Of a DNA stretch of 64,000 bases, positions 12,174 through 24,818 are shown one piece after another. The number at the start of each line of letters is the position of its first letter. The first letter of the stretch is position 1. The notes under the pieces were generated by a model. It ran no database searches and was not told where the DNA came from. It saw only the letters and a program-made list of their open reading frames with translations. Source of the DNA: Dimorphilus gyrociliatus (taxonomy: Eukaryota; Animalia; Annelida); contig CAJFCJ010000002.1 of NCBI GenBank assembly GCA_904063045.1, positions 3,591,891-3,655,890 on the forward strand, written 5' to 3'. Position numbers and translations under genes: made by a program.

Positions 12174-13277
12174 TTACTTTGACTTAATTTTTGCCCAAGC
12201 ATCTTTGAGCATCTTACATAATGCTAATCTAAAATTTCTTGCTGAGAGGGAATAGAGAAAAAAGTTGATTACAAAGTTTAGATAATATAATAGCTGAAAA
12301 TATTCTCTTACAAGCATTCTTTTTGTCGAGTATGTTTGATCTATTGTGCAAATTATTCGTAAAGTATATCCAGGTGAATTCAACAGAACGTAGACGCTTG
12401 AAACGATCAAAAGCATTGTGGTCGTGTTTTTAACCCTTTTTCCATTGTTTCCATTACTCTGAATTGTGTGCTGCTCGCATCGTTTCTTCGAATTATTTCT
12501 ACTCGATAGTAATTGCGAGTTATGTTGATTACTTTCAACACCTTCCATTTGTAGAGTTATTGTAGATCTTTGGGGGAAATTATGATTACCAGCATTCTGA
12601 AGTCGATCTAGTCTTGTTGCTTTTCTTACTTTAACCGCAATTGAGATATTGAAACATATGATTACTAAAACTGGAACAAGGTGGGCAAGTATAAATTCAA
12701 GTAGGCTCATGAGAAAGAACAATTTTGAATATTTTTCTATAATTCCACATTTGTGAGCACGTGTAGGCATGTTCGGATCAATAACCCCGAAACTGATTAA
12801 ACCGTACGAATAGAGGAGAAGGCTGAAAAGAACAATTACCAGAGTTATCTTAAGACTTCTCTTTTTCGTACACCATTTATTCTTTTGAAAAGGATAGCTA
12901 ACAGCTATCCATCTTTCCAGAGTGAAAGAAACTATTAGCCAAGAAGATACAGACATTGCTACAAGATTTGTATAAGTGATGTATTGGCACCAGCCTCTTG
13001 TATGGTAGATTGGTATACCAAACTCGGTCAATTTGAAAAACCATAGGTTGACTAAGTATAGATTATCGGATAAGGCCAATGCAGCTAAGTACACCGATGA
13101 ACTTTGTTTCTTCAAGCGACTTTTAGTAAAAACAATGAAACTCAAAGTATTTGTCACTAAGCCAATAATCACTAATCCAGGAATTAGATAATAATCCAAA
13201 ACTTTCCAAATAACCGCAGACACAGAGGTTACTTCGACTGTCGTATTATCCCTTATAAAAGTTCTGTCGTTCATCAT
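12174..13277 (-). CDS. Rhodopsin-class (class A) GPCR, FMRFamide-receptor-like peptide receptor group
   Basis: Seven hydrophobic segments; TM2 LAALALSD, TM3 FTLERWIAV, TM7 NFVINFFLY, N-glycosylation site NTT. Likely start is the ATG at 13277, directly after an acceptor-like gttacag. A possible extra last exon lies at 10294-10153 (see findings). Confidence 0.9.
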   Translation of the reverse strand: MMNDRTFIRDNTTVEVTSVSAVIWKVLDYYLIPGLVIIGLVTNTLSFIVFTKSRLKKQSSSVYLAALALSDNLYLVNLWFFKLTEFGIPIYHTRGWCQYITYTNLVAMSVSSWLIVSFTLERWIAVSYPFQKNKWCTKKRSLKITLVIVLFSLLLYSYGLISFGVIDPNMPTRAHKCGIIEKYSKLFFLMSLLEFILAHLVPVLVIICFNISIAVKVRKATRLDRLQNAGNHNFPQRSTITLQMEGVESNQHNSQLLSSRNNSKKRCEQHTIQSNGNNGKRVKNTTTMLLIVSSVYVLLNSPGYTLRIICTIDQTYSTKRMLVREYFQLLYYLNFVINFFLYSLSARNFRLALCKMLKDAWAKIKSK

Positions 13278-13866
13278 CTGTAACCAACAAATGAATATAT
13301 CGGTATACCTTGAGAGCTCTTGAGACGACACCTAGCGGTTTTATCATATTAGCCCGTATATTGCTAATTCTATTGAGGAAAAATTCTACAAGGTTTCACG
13401 GAGAGAGATTTTTCATTGGATGGAAATTGGTTATCATTTTCTTGGTATCATCGATTTTAAACATATAGTCCTCTTCACTTTTCACAAAATTAGTTACGCT
13501 TTCATTTGTAGAGAGTCAAGAGAAATTCTTTTATTAACTTTTTTTTACGAGATACCAGATTTGATAAGGGAAAAACGAAATAAGGATTTAAATGTATAAT
13601 TTCCCAATAACTGTCTTTATTGATAAGTATAAATTATACATTGAAATATTATACTACGTTTTATTAGATTATCAGCTAAAATCTAGGTTAAAATTTCTGA
13701 AAGAAGCTCGGTAAAGAATAACAAATAAATATTATAAGAGAAAGGGAAGAAGATGGCTATTGAGAGAGCGTATACATAAGTGTGAGAGGGAGCAAAAGAG
13801 GAATATGAAGGGGAGAGGTGAGAAGGCTAGAGGAGACGAGAGGGAAGAGAGAAGGCAATACGTGAT

Positions 13867-13874
13867 TGACGTCA
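13867..13874. promoter_or_regulatory. Palindromic CRE (TGACGTCA) upstream of the GPCR
   Basis: Exact 8-mer about 590 bp upstream of the GPCR ATG, beside a GA-rich tract; function not shown. Confidence 0.3.
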
Positions 13875-13886
13875 TTTAGATAATTA

Positions 13887-13889
<3 letters not shown>

Positions 13890-13921
<32 letters not shown>
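13890..13921. repeat. (TA)n microsatellite
   Basis: Read directly from the sequence. Confidence 0.95.
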
Positions 13922-13922
<1 letters not shown>

Positions 13923-16900
13923 CAGTGCGCATTCCATTCCGCGCTAAACAATCCTCTTCCATATAACAAACTCGGCAATTGTAAGTCAATTGATGTAATC
14001 CGATCAACAATTTTTTTATCGATCTTCTATCATATTTATTATTCCCGTAGTTACTTTACTTTTTACCCTATTTTTGTGTGCTTACTTTTACTTCTTGAAT
14101 CCCATCAGGAAAAGGAGAAAAAGAGAACCAATTAGTCAAACAAATATAGGAAAACTTTAAGATCATTTCCAAGAAATTGGATTATGCAGAGAAGAAGTAG
14201 TATTTTTAAATGATAACATGAAAATAGTGTAGCTTACTACGAAATAGGTAGTTAGGATACCGGATGTGCATTTAGAATAAAGATATATTATATATGCATT
14301 AAACAGTTTTTCACCTCTTTGTTGATAATTCTGTTTTGAGGGAACTTGTCAACTACATTATATAAACCGCTAGTTCGAAAACCGTTGAAATATTACCAAA
14401 TAAGCCTTTTTTGTATATTAATTAGAATTTTTTTTAGTTATTTTTACCTTTTATTTATTTAAGAGATTTTTTTGTTATTTCCGTTTTCCAGGAGGTTACG
14501 ATTACAAAGTACATTATGTACAATTGAGTTTTAATAGAATTTACGATAATAGATCCGCAGTTTCTCTTTGAAAATCACTTTTCGAGTTGTATATGAAACG
14601 AAAATTACAGAATCTATAAACTATTCACTATATTTCTAGGGACGCTAAATAAAATTCTCTTTTGATCTTTTAATAATTGCTTTAAAAAGGCGTAACGAGA
14701 TGCTGAGCCAACGTGATGCCACAAAGGAATTCATATTTTATAAATTGTATTAAAATATCTTAACAATAACACTCCCTTCTTATATAACTTATTACTGATT
14801 AGTATATGTATATATATACGGTATATATATATATACCGTAACTTAGTAATGTTATAATAATAATTATTCCTTCTTTTCAAAATTCCTTCCATTATCAATG
14901 AACGAATAATAAAGAACGGAAATGAAAAGTTACGCGATACTGTGAGGAGAGTATTGCGTTTGACATTTTACCGCTGAAAATAACGGTATCGCCACAGTAT
15001 TAGAAAAAGCAGGGAATTTTTTAACCTCCTTCCTACTTTTACCTTTTATCCTTTTCCATAAAACTCTCTTTTATTTTATAGACTACCTACAAAAAACTTC
15101 TACTGTTTAGCTATATATGTCGTATATATACTCTATTCTATAGATGTACAGTACATTACTTTGAGTTCTCCTTCTATCGAATCCGCAATGTAAGCCTAGC
15201 GGAACGTTTGTGCAAGTTAAGATTTCTTCGAAGCGGATACATAGTTCATTAATATGTATATACCACGTTATTTGAATACTTAAGAAACAATAAAGGAAAA
15301 ATAAATAGAGAGAAAGGAGTTAGCTTAGGTTGAATCTTGCTCAGTTATAGAATAGAATGTATCTGATAAGTGAAAATTTTTCGACGCTTATCAACGGTTT
15401 CTCGAGATGTCTACAAGAGAGTAGGTCTAATACACTAACGAGAAATGGAAAATAGTATTATCTGATTATATCTATTTCAGAGATATGCTGATAGGATTAA
15501 GAAAATGATACTCTTGGGACATTTTACCTCTCAATTGCTGATAAAGGATTGCGTTGAATAAGGAAGAAGAGAAGAAATGGAATAACAGTTATATTGAGAG
15601 TTGTTGTGATATTTTAGCTTTTTTTAAGGTGCACTTCTAACTTATTCATCTATGTCATAATTCACATGGAGAAGTCTAAGGTTAGTTTCAGACATTTTTG
15701 TTTTTTTTACAGTTCAACTGCAAAAAATCCTAAAACACGTCTGTTTATAATAAAAAAATAAATTATTATCCAGTAGAGATTGGTTCTCACGATTCTTATT
15801 CCAGATTTTTTGGCACTATAGCCACTATAGAAAAGAAAAATTACCGCTAAAAGTAACTAAAAGGTTAAACTAATTCATCATTTTTTTTACTCCTAAAAGG
15901 TGTGATAATGTTTATTTTCTCTGCTCTTCCAAAGCGAAAGTTAATCAAAGATTTTCTAGGAAATATTTGCCGTTGAAACGTAAACAAATTCTTGTATATA
16001 GTAAAACAAGAAGCTATCTATCTAGTAGAAACAATATCAATGTTTTCCCTCTTCATATTTTCCTTTATATCAAGAAAAATTAAAATTTTAAAGAATTCTT
16101 TTACCATTTAAAAAATAAAGGAAATTTAAATAAGTTTTTATCAATGTTCTAATTGAATTAATTAAGCAGCTACGTTCTTTTGTTTTTTTTCTCCATTCTC
16201 TTATTCTTATAATATATTAAAGAGAATCCTTTTTGACAATAAGTTTCTGACTAATGATTTATAAAATTTTCGACTTGATTGAAAAGTTTTTCATTTTAAC
16301 ACGATTCTGTCTTAAATTAATAAGATATATTTCCTTTTTTATAGTTTTTAATACAACGTCAAGTATTAAATTTTATAAATAAAAATTAATTAGTACTAAT
16401 ATTTTTGAACTCTAGACAACGTTAATACAGCTGCAGAACGTTAATTCAGTTTAGCGATCAATTTATTACTCAACGCACAAGTTAACCTTTGTAGGTTTTG
16501 TAATCGTTGATTCTCTATCTCTAACATCATTAAGAAAAGCCTATACCTACTTTATAATTATTTCTATTCCCCCTACGTAACTTTAAATGGCCTAACCTTC
16601 TACTATTTCTATTCCGTAAGCAAACGAGTTATCGATGAAGTTTGTTTGTATTTATATTCTATATGCTTAGGGTGTTTTTTCCTCCTACCAAATCTTGTCT
16701 AAGAAGATTTTCTCTCTCCTTTCTATTGTTTCCACCTAAACTTCCTCTTGGTGTATTTTCAGAAAAATTTTCTTGTAATCTTAGAAATAAAGACTCTACA
16801 AGATTCCTTAGAATTCTGAAGGCATGGCTGTTCTGCCTTTGAAGCATTATTGCCTTAATTCATTGGGGACACGGCATCCCTCTTTTTGAATAAAATAATA

Positions 16901-17583
16901 TGCAAGCAGTGGATAACAAAGCGAAGGTTTCTTCCAGCCATCTTTACTCGGATAGTTTACAATTCATGTGTGTGTTTTTAATAAAAGTGTTAATTAATCG
17001 CTTTAAGTAATTAATTCACGAGGAAAACAGAGTTTGAATTAGAAATACAGAATATAGATAAGTATTAGTATAATTAATCAAAAACTAAAGAACATTTTAA
17101 CTACATTCTATCTTTATAAATCTTTAAAAATATATATAAAAAAAGCCAATGAAAAACGCACAAGGCTATAAGAATTTTATCTTAAAATGTCGATACATAA
17201 ATAACATCCTTTTATATCAATTTAGACAATATTATTATTTCAAATATTTCCAGCTGTTACAAACATATTAAATATTTATTCTCACTTGTAAAGCAATCAT
17301 TTTTAATGCGATATATAAGAAATTAAATCTTTCATGAAGATTAATTGACTTTTAAAGTATAGAGAAAAAGGATGTTGGAAGAATATCTTCTTGTCTTTTT
17401 TTTTCTTTGAATGTAATATCTTTTTTAGAAAAGAAATTATTAATAAGAAGATATTAAAAGAGAACATTTTCTTGTTCACGATCCTAGCTGAAAAGTGATG
17501 TTTTTCTTATATTTCTTCCTGGAGTTAGCCATTTCAAATAAATCTATATTTATATAATTTTATTATTTAGCTAGAACAAGAGA

Positions 17584-17587
<4 letters not shown>

Positions 17588-17630
<43 letters not shown>
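17588..17630. repeat. (TA)n microsatellite
   Basis: Read directly from the sequence. Confidence 0.95.
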
Positions 17631-17634
<4 letters not shown>

Positions 17635-18638
17635 ATATATATACTGTATATATATACTGTGTGTATTAAAGAGCGGCATCTATCGGATAAAGAGAATTAT
17701 TTTTAAGTAAAAAATATTGTTTAATGAATATAACTAATCCTTTTACTTTTCTTAGTTTCATTAGTAGGTCACATCTTCATTACTTCTATACCATTTAATT
17801 AAATCGCTAACAAAGCACGGTCTGTTATTACATTTATATATTATAGTACTGTACATCTATAAATGTTTTTACTGAACTATATAACTTCGTAGTGTTGTAT
17901 GCTGCGTAATGCATACAATTATTTACTCTTCCTATATTTTTTGAGTAATAAATCAACTTATTTCTGCCAGTAAAAAATTAAGGCAATCATGATTTATTTT
18001 TCTAATCAATTAGAAGGAAATAGAAAGAATTTCATAAAGTAATTTAAAGACTAAATTAGAGAATTAGAATGAGATTAAATGTAGGAATGTAAAGTCTAAA
18101 ATATCTACTATTATTGACTAATATCTTATTATTTATTTAGATTTGTAAATAGAGTTTTCTTTGACAAGATACCAACATCTATTATAATTTTTAACATTTT
18201 CCAGCAGCCATGTTACTATATTTTTCTTTCTTTTTTAAAAAAAACCTAGATATTGTTTCGTTTGTCTGAGAATAAGAAAATAGAAATGGTATCGAAAAGA
18301 TTCCAACTTAAAATATGTGGTGAATTGAGGCATTCGAAGGTACCAGTAGTTCTAAAAATAAAACTCATGTTTTTCTAAAGATCACGTGATTAAATATACT
18401 CATGTGATCAACTTATGGTTTATGAAAACATAAAAGAAATATTTTATTCGTAGATCAGTCTGATATCTCCATTCGTCAGGGTTGATCTCGTCAAAGGCTC
18501 TAGGTATCAATAATTCTCCTCCTTTGTTCATTTCTATGTAATTCCTTTTTTTTTACTCTTTCCTTTTCGTTTTTTATAATGTTATGTAACTTAAAAGCAA
18601 TCTATGTCTTAACTATTTTCATAAAGATTCGCTTAAAG

Positions 18639-20221
18639 ATGGGAGAAGAAAAAGAAAAAGACAAGGTAATGATAAAAAACTTTTTTTATTTACTGCTTCA
18701 TCCTATCCCTAGTAACCTAGTAATCCTTTACGGAAGAATGAAATTTTTCGAATTCTGCGTGGTTCCTTTCTAAACATAGTTCACATAAACTGGTTTTATT
18801 GGTTTGGAACGAGAGACCACTTTAGGTCGGTTAGAAAAGTAGAAGATATCCCTTTAGTAGCTCGCCACTAACTTTCGAGAGTTTGTAAAGTTTGCATTAT
18901 GGTAAGTTTGCTAAGCATTTATAGTTTTTATTTCAATAGACAATGGAATGCATATAATTTATCTAACTGTTTAGTATATGATTTTGACAACTCCTCAGAG
19001 GATGATTTATGGATAGGTACACCTGTTGTTGATAATTTTTCATAGAAAGGGAATGAATCCATTTGAAATATGCTTAATTTATAAATTTTTGTATTACTTT
19101 TAATAATATTTGAAATCTTCTTTAAATATTAAAAACTCTTCAAACTTATCAAACAGAAGAAAAGTTTGTAATGAATATAAAAGTAATGCAGCAAAATTTG
19201 CTATCTAAACAGAATTTTCAGTGCGCCTACTGCAACCCAAAGCTAAAAACAGCACATGGGCTGCAGACTTTGCAGAGCGGTTTAAATATAGACGAGGCGT
19301 AGCTCGCCTTTTCTTCAACTCTATACCAGCTTGTTTTCCTATCTCCTCAACCAAAATACCTTTTTAAAGTAATTTCTCTTGTAAATTAAATTAACAACAT
19401 CCCCCTTTTGATATTGAATATATATATAATTATCTACATTTATATATACTTACATATGTTTATAATACAAACTACATTGATACACAATGTATTTATATAT
19501 TTCACTAAATAATATTATTTGCAATGTTTTAGTCAACTAAAGAGAAGAAAACCAAAAAGAAGAAGGAAAAGAAAGAGGAATCTGAAGCCGAAAATGCACC
19601 AGCTGACGCTCCTGAAGAGAAAAAGGAGGCCAAACCGGCAAAACGAGGAACTTCTAATGTTTTTGCGTTGTTCAATCAGGCTCAAATTCAAGAATTCAAA
19701 GAGGTCTATTTTTAGATAGTAGTCTTTTCTTCTTTAAATAAAATTTATTTTTTCAGGCCTTTACGATGATTGACCAAAACCGTGACGGAGTTATTGACAT
19801 GGACGATCTTTTGTCAATTCATCAACAACTGGGAAGAGATCCCGACCAGAAGACTTTGGGGGGAATGTTGGAAGAATCACCTGGCCAACTGAACTTCACG
19901 CATTTCTTAACCTTATTTGGTGAAAAATTGCACGGAACTGATCCAGAAGGTACGCTTAGGGATGCTTTCATAATGTTTGATGAAGGAAACAGTGGAAAAC
20001 TTTCGGAAGAATAGTAAGTCTCAAAATTGTATTAATACATAACAGTCAAACAAATATTATTTATACTTAATAGTTTCAAAGACCTTCTTATGAATACGGG
20101 AGATCTCTTCAGCAAAGATGAAGTAAAGCAAACTTGGAAAGAGGCTCCAATCGAGGGTGGGCAGCTAGATTATCTAAAATTTGTCCGTCTTATAAAGCGA
20201 GGTGACGAAGGCGAGCAATAA
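18639..20221 (+). CDS. Myosin regulatory light chain (EF-hand) with N-terminal extension; exons 18639-18665, 19533-19703, 19757-20013, 20074-20221, 200 aa
   Basis: [65 protein letters not shown] and EAPIEGGQLDYLKF match the RLC family. All introns are GT..AG and in phase. The first exon (MGEEKEKDK|gtaatg) is inferred. Confidence 0.93.
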
Positions 20222-21192
20222 ATAAAAGTATTCCCGATAATGAAATAGAAAATATTAATTCATGTCATTTAAAAAAAAAGATTAAAAAGGTTAATTAAAT
20301 AGAAAAGTAGATAGTTTGAGAAAAAAAAAGAAAACTTGTCAAAATCATAGTCGAAAACTATTACGATTTGCACCAAAGAGAAAATGCATTCCAAGTGTAT
20401 GGAAAAGTTAAAGGAAGTAATGATCTATTTACAACTTGATCATTAGTTAACTTAAGTAATTCGGCTCTGTTGGTCTCGTATTGGTTAAATCGAGCTGATT
20501 TTGATTTGGTTCCTTTTTTTTGTTCTTTTTTTTGAAAACAGAAAAGAAAGAATATGAATTTTTTTTGAGCTCGTAAGTGTGTGGCTTCTTTCTTTTTATG
20601 TCCGTATCCATATCGTTTTCTGTATGATATAAAAGAAATTTGGTTTTAGATTCAGTCTAATTTTACGCTAATAGGTTGAGCTCTCTATAAAGCCTGATAA
20701 ATAAAAAACTTTTACCTCTGTACAACGTGTTGTACAACTATAGTTTTACTTGGCTACAAAAAAACATCTTTTTCTAGGAAATATATTTCCTTTTTATCTA
20801 AAATGGAAATAATATAATCAATTTTCTTCTTTATCAAGCCGAAATCATTCAATGTCCAAAAAACGCTATTTTCTTCAAAGTAACCTATTAATTAATTTCG
20901 CATTAGGCAACTAAGAAAACAAGTAGTATAGGCTACACACTTAAAATTATTGATATCTTCCCTCTCTCTTTCTTCTCCTTCACACACACACTCATACACA
21001 CACTCTCTCTCTTTCTTCATTATACCCGATTACTCAATTACCTAATCATTCACTACGGTATATAACTTTTCAGTGAATTTTTTACCATATATTTCTTTTG
21101 GTTTTCTAGAAAATGCTTTATGCAATTTTTTAACAAAACAAAAGAATGAATAGTTTTTAGTTTCATCTTTAAAAAACAAAGGAAAACATCTC

Positions 21193-23918
21193 TTAGACTG
21201 GTGTAGATAGAATAAGATAGATTAATATAGACGTTAGAATAGTAAATATAAAATAGTATGATGTTGGTATAACAGTTGGACGATAGGAGAATTCTGTATT
21301 ATCTTTGTCTGAAAATACAAATAATTAGGTTGCCGTACATTGATAACAAAATCTTCTTATACTTTTCGAAGAAAGAGCTTCTGATGATAAATCTTTTTTT
21401 AACCAATTCAATTGATTAGTACTCCGTATATTACTAGACTCTGCACTTTGTGTTCTTTGGTAATATAAAGTTTCAATAGTACTATCTGATTTGCAGGATG
21501 GTATTTTAAAAATGTCACTTCCTTCGTCTAAATCTAATGAAAGATCACTAAAACAATATCGGGAATTTGGGGAATTTTTAACAAGTTTTCCAGTTGAACT
21601 CTTGATAGAAGTAGATGTTTGACTGAGAGTTTCTATGGGTACATAGAGAGGCAAATTATCTGATTTTCTATGTTTTACTTTCTTTACTCTCCCTAAAATT
21701 AAAATAATTTAAAATATTTTCAACTTTCCTTCCTCCTCAATTCTTTTTAATATAAAACTATAAAGTTCTTACCTTTAATTAACGTGCCAGATAATTTCTT
21801 ATTAAAATCAACTTTCCTTTGCCTTTTATTCTTATTTTTATCCAAACTTCGGCTAGGAATTAATCTTCTAACGAAATTAACATTAGACGATTCATCAATT
21901 TTCTTATAATCTCTATTTAGCTTTGTAATTTTAACATGATTTAATTTGTTAATTTTTTTACTTGATAAAAATTCTTTACGCTTTTAAAAACAAAGAAAAT
22001 AATTCAGAGTTTTTCAACATTAAATGACTTTTACCTTTTTATTTAATTCATAGTTTTCTTTATTAACTTGACGGTTGTTCTGTAAAATGTTTTCCAAGTT
22101 GATGAACTTCTGTTTGCCATTAAAATGTGTTTTATTTTGAAGAAATTCATATAAGCGAGTGCTCTTTTCATTCTCTTCTTTGCCTAGACTTTTCAGTTTG
22201 TTTAGTAGATTAATTTGCGATAAATCTCTTTTATTATGAAATTTTTTCCATTTGTTGACATAATTTGATAAAAGACTGCCGCTATCTTCTATAGAATCGT
22301 TAGTTTTAAGATTTTTAAAAATTTCATTTGATCTTTCTCTATTATTATTTAGAAAAGATCTTGTAGATTTTAAATCGTTTTCAATAAATTCATTGAGATT
22401 ATCTTCTTCTGATAAAATTGACTGATTTTCGAGTTCATTAGTTTGCAGTTTTTTTTCTGCATAGGCCTTATCTGTTTTAATATTTTTTTCATCGTTATTT
22501 TCTTTTAATAAAACGTTTTTTATTTTCGAATATGACTCTTCGGCGGATAGATTGTTCAAATTGTTCTTTTTCAATTCTCTCCCATTAAAAACGAGAGTTT
22601 CTTCATTGTGAAAATTATTATCAAATGAGCTCCTGTTTTCAGTATTTGTTCCTGTCTCTTTAGATAATGTTATAGGGGATTTCCTCTTAGTTTTTGAGTA
22701 AAATTCCTTTTTAACCCTACTTGCTTGTTCATCAATATTTTTATTATTCAAAGGTAATACGACCTTAGTCAAATTCAAAATACTATGATTTAAATTCCAT
22801 TTTTTTCTCTCCGATTTTTGAGGTGGAATTTTTGATTGCTGAAATGTCAAGTCATCAACTTTACGATTGCTTTTATCATTTTCTATCTTTATATTTGTTT
22901 TATCTAAATATTTCCAAGGGCTTTCATAAAATTTTTTCTTTTGGGATTCGTTAAAATTATCTTTACTACATTTTAATACGTTAATAGGAATTGAACGACT
23001 ATTGTCAATAAATTTTGGATTTTTTGATTTAAACCTTTTCCTTTTTAATCCTTTTTTACTTAAATTCAATTTAAAATCTTTACATTTCTTACTTTTTTTC
23101 TTTTTTTCTATTTTAATTATATTCAGATTTTTAAATGTTTTAATCTTTCAAGATATATTCAAACTTACTTAGAGAATTTTCTAATTCCCTTTCTAACATT
23201 CGTCTGTCAACACCTTTAAGATAAGATTTTAAGGTTTTGACGTTAGTTTTATCATATGTTTTTCTAGTCATGTTATTTTTAGCTGGGTGTTTCTTTGATT
23301 TTATATTATCTCGTCTTGGTTCTTTACCAAGAAGTATGTTAACAGCTTCAATGGGTGATAGGGAATCGTCGTTGATTACATCTTTTACGAAAGAATCATC
23401 TAGATTTATCGATGGTTCTCCTTTACCATGAACTTCTAGAGAGTTGAAAAATTCTTTAAAATTAGGTAAAGACCACTTTGTCTTCGTATTCTCAGATAGA
23501 TTAGATATATTGGGAATCTCTTGTAAATAGGCGTCTAATTCAAAGACATCTAAATCGTTTAATTCTAAATTGTTTTTGTTATAAATTTTACGGCGTAAAG
23601 GAGAAATAGAATTCTGCTGATCAATTGAATTTCTAGAAGGTCCAAAAGTCTCTTTATTTAAAGATTCGCGACGTCTGGATGCTTCTGTTGAACGCATATA
23701 GTTTTGCGCTTGTCCATTTCCTCTAAATTTTGTCGGTCCGTCTGTATTTTTTTATATTTGTTGTGTTTTATTCTATAATAAATTTCTGTTTTTTGTCTTA
23801 AAGTAAATATTATCTTGTAGGCCTAACCTCCGTTATTGTTGTTAGTATTTTCCTCAAATTCCGCTATTTTCCGCTTCAAATATCTTTTATATCTTTTAAT
23901 ACTTTCAAATCTATACAT
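21193..23918 (-). CDS. Orphan N/K/S-rich low-complexity protein with a single C-terminal TM helix; exons 23918-23828, 23741-23169, 23107-22035, 21980-21773, 21692-21363, 21308-21193, ~796 aa
   Basis: Five GT..AG introns (86, 61, 54, 80, 54 nt) link the three ORF-track pieces in consistent phase (2391 nt total). The last exon ends ...SYYFIFTILTSILIYLILSTPV*. The start codon is uncertain. Confidence 0.7.
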
Positions 23919-24818
23919 TTCATCTAATATCCATATAATTTGTTAACGTCTTTTAAAACTTTTTATTCCTATAGAGAATTTTTTTTTAAACTTAAAAAAC
24001 ATGTCATTCCCTTCTTTATATTCAATTTTTCATACTGACCTCTTCCATCTTCATTCATAAAGTCGTAATCTCTCTAGTTAGTAAAATGGCATAATTCCTT
24101 TATAAATAATAATAATATAATAGTGATAATTATGATAAAATTTTCTTTATTAATTCATTCATGTATTTCGTTTGTTCGTTAAATTATTTAATAATATTCT
24201 CTTTATTACTTTTATTTGATAAATTCTCAAACGTAATCGGGAGGCTTCCTTAGTCTAACAAAAATATTTCTCATAGTATTTCTTCCAGGAAGCATATTTT
24301 TGAAAATATGAAAAGAAAACTCCTTTTCTACATCCTTTTCTATCTTTTTTTTCTATTTAATAACATCATTCTATATAAGTTTCTAACTTATGTAAAATAA
24401 AATAAAAAAAAAAAAAACAAGGTTGGTTTTCATATCTTATCTTTCATAAAATTTGATATGGGCATCGTGTCTTTGCACTAGGTGAACTATTAATGATTTT
24501 AAGTCATTTACGGCGATGTAAGGTAATATTAGGCCTACCTTATGCGCAGAATAGTCGATAAATTTATCAAAAGTGCACTACTAACTAAACCAGACGATTG
24601 GAGTTACGAGGTTTTAAAGATATTAATATTGATCTTTCTAGCAGACATATTAGATTGTTAGGTGAGGAACGGTAGAGCACTGACAATAATATTTAAATCT
24701 ATATATATATATATATGTATGTATACACATAAAAGGATCATGGATAATTTTAGATAATAAACCTCTAATAAGTTTCGTAACTAGAGAAAACCGTTATCTC
24801 TAATGATACAATAAGGAC

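Noticed and set aside
14817-14840. Perfect 24-bp palindrome TACGG(TA)7CCGTA
   Set aside because: Mostly a self-complementary TA run; only 5 informative flanking pairs.
16642-16847. Overlapping 62-66-aa ORFs on both strands
   Set aside because: No recognisable motif, signal peptide or consistent splice partners; left unannotated.
17880-17905. loxP-like ATAACTTCGTA...TGTATGCT (also ATAACTTCGT near 58677)
   Set aside because: Only one partial arm, wrong spacing and no inverted second arm; plausible by chance in AT-rich DNA, with no vector context.
21193-21260. KASH-domain assignment for the tail-anchored protein
   Set aside because: The post-TM tail is 4 residues and lacks the PPPX motif and the usual luminal length.
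23108-23168. Overlapping ORFs at 23140-23150 that look like a +1 programmed frameshift
   Set aside because: A canonical gtaagt donor at 23168 and an ag acceptor at 23108 define a 61-nt phase-1 intron that restores the frame.
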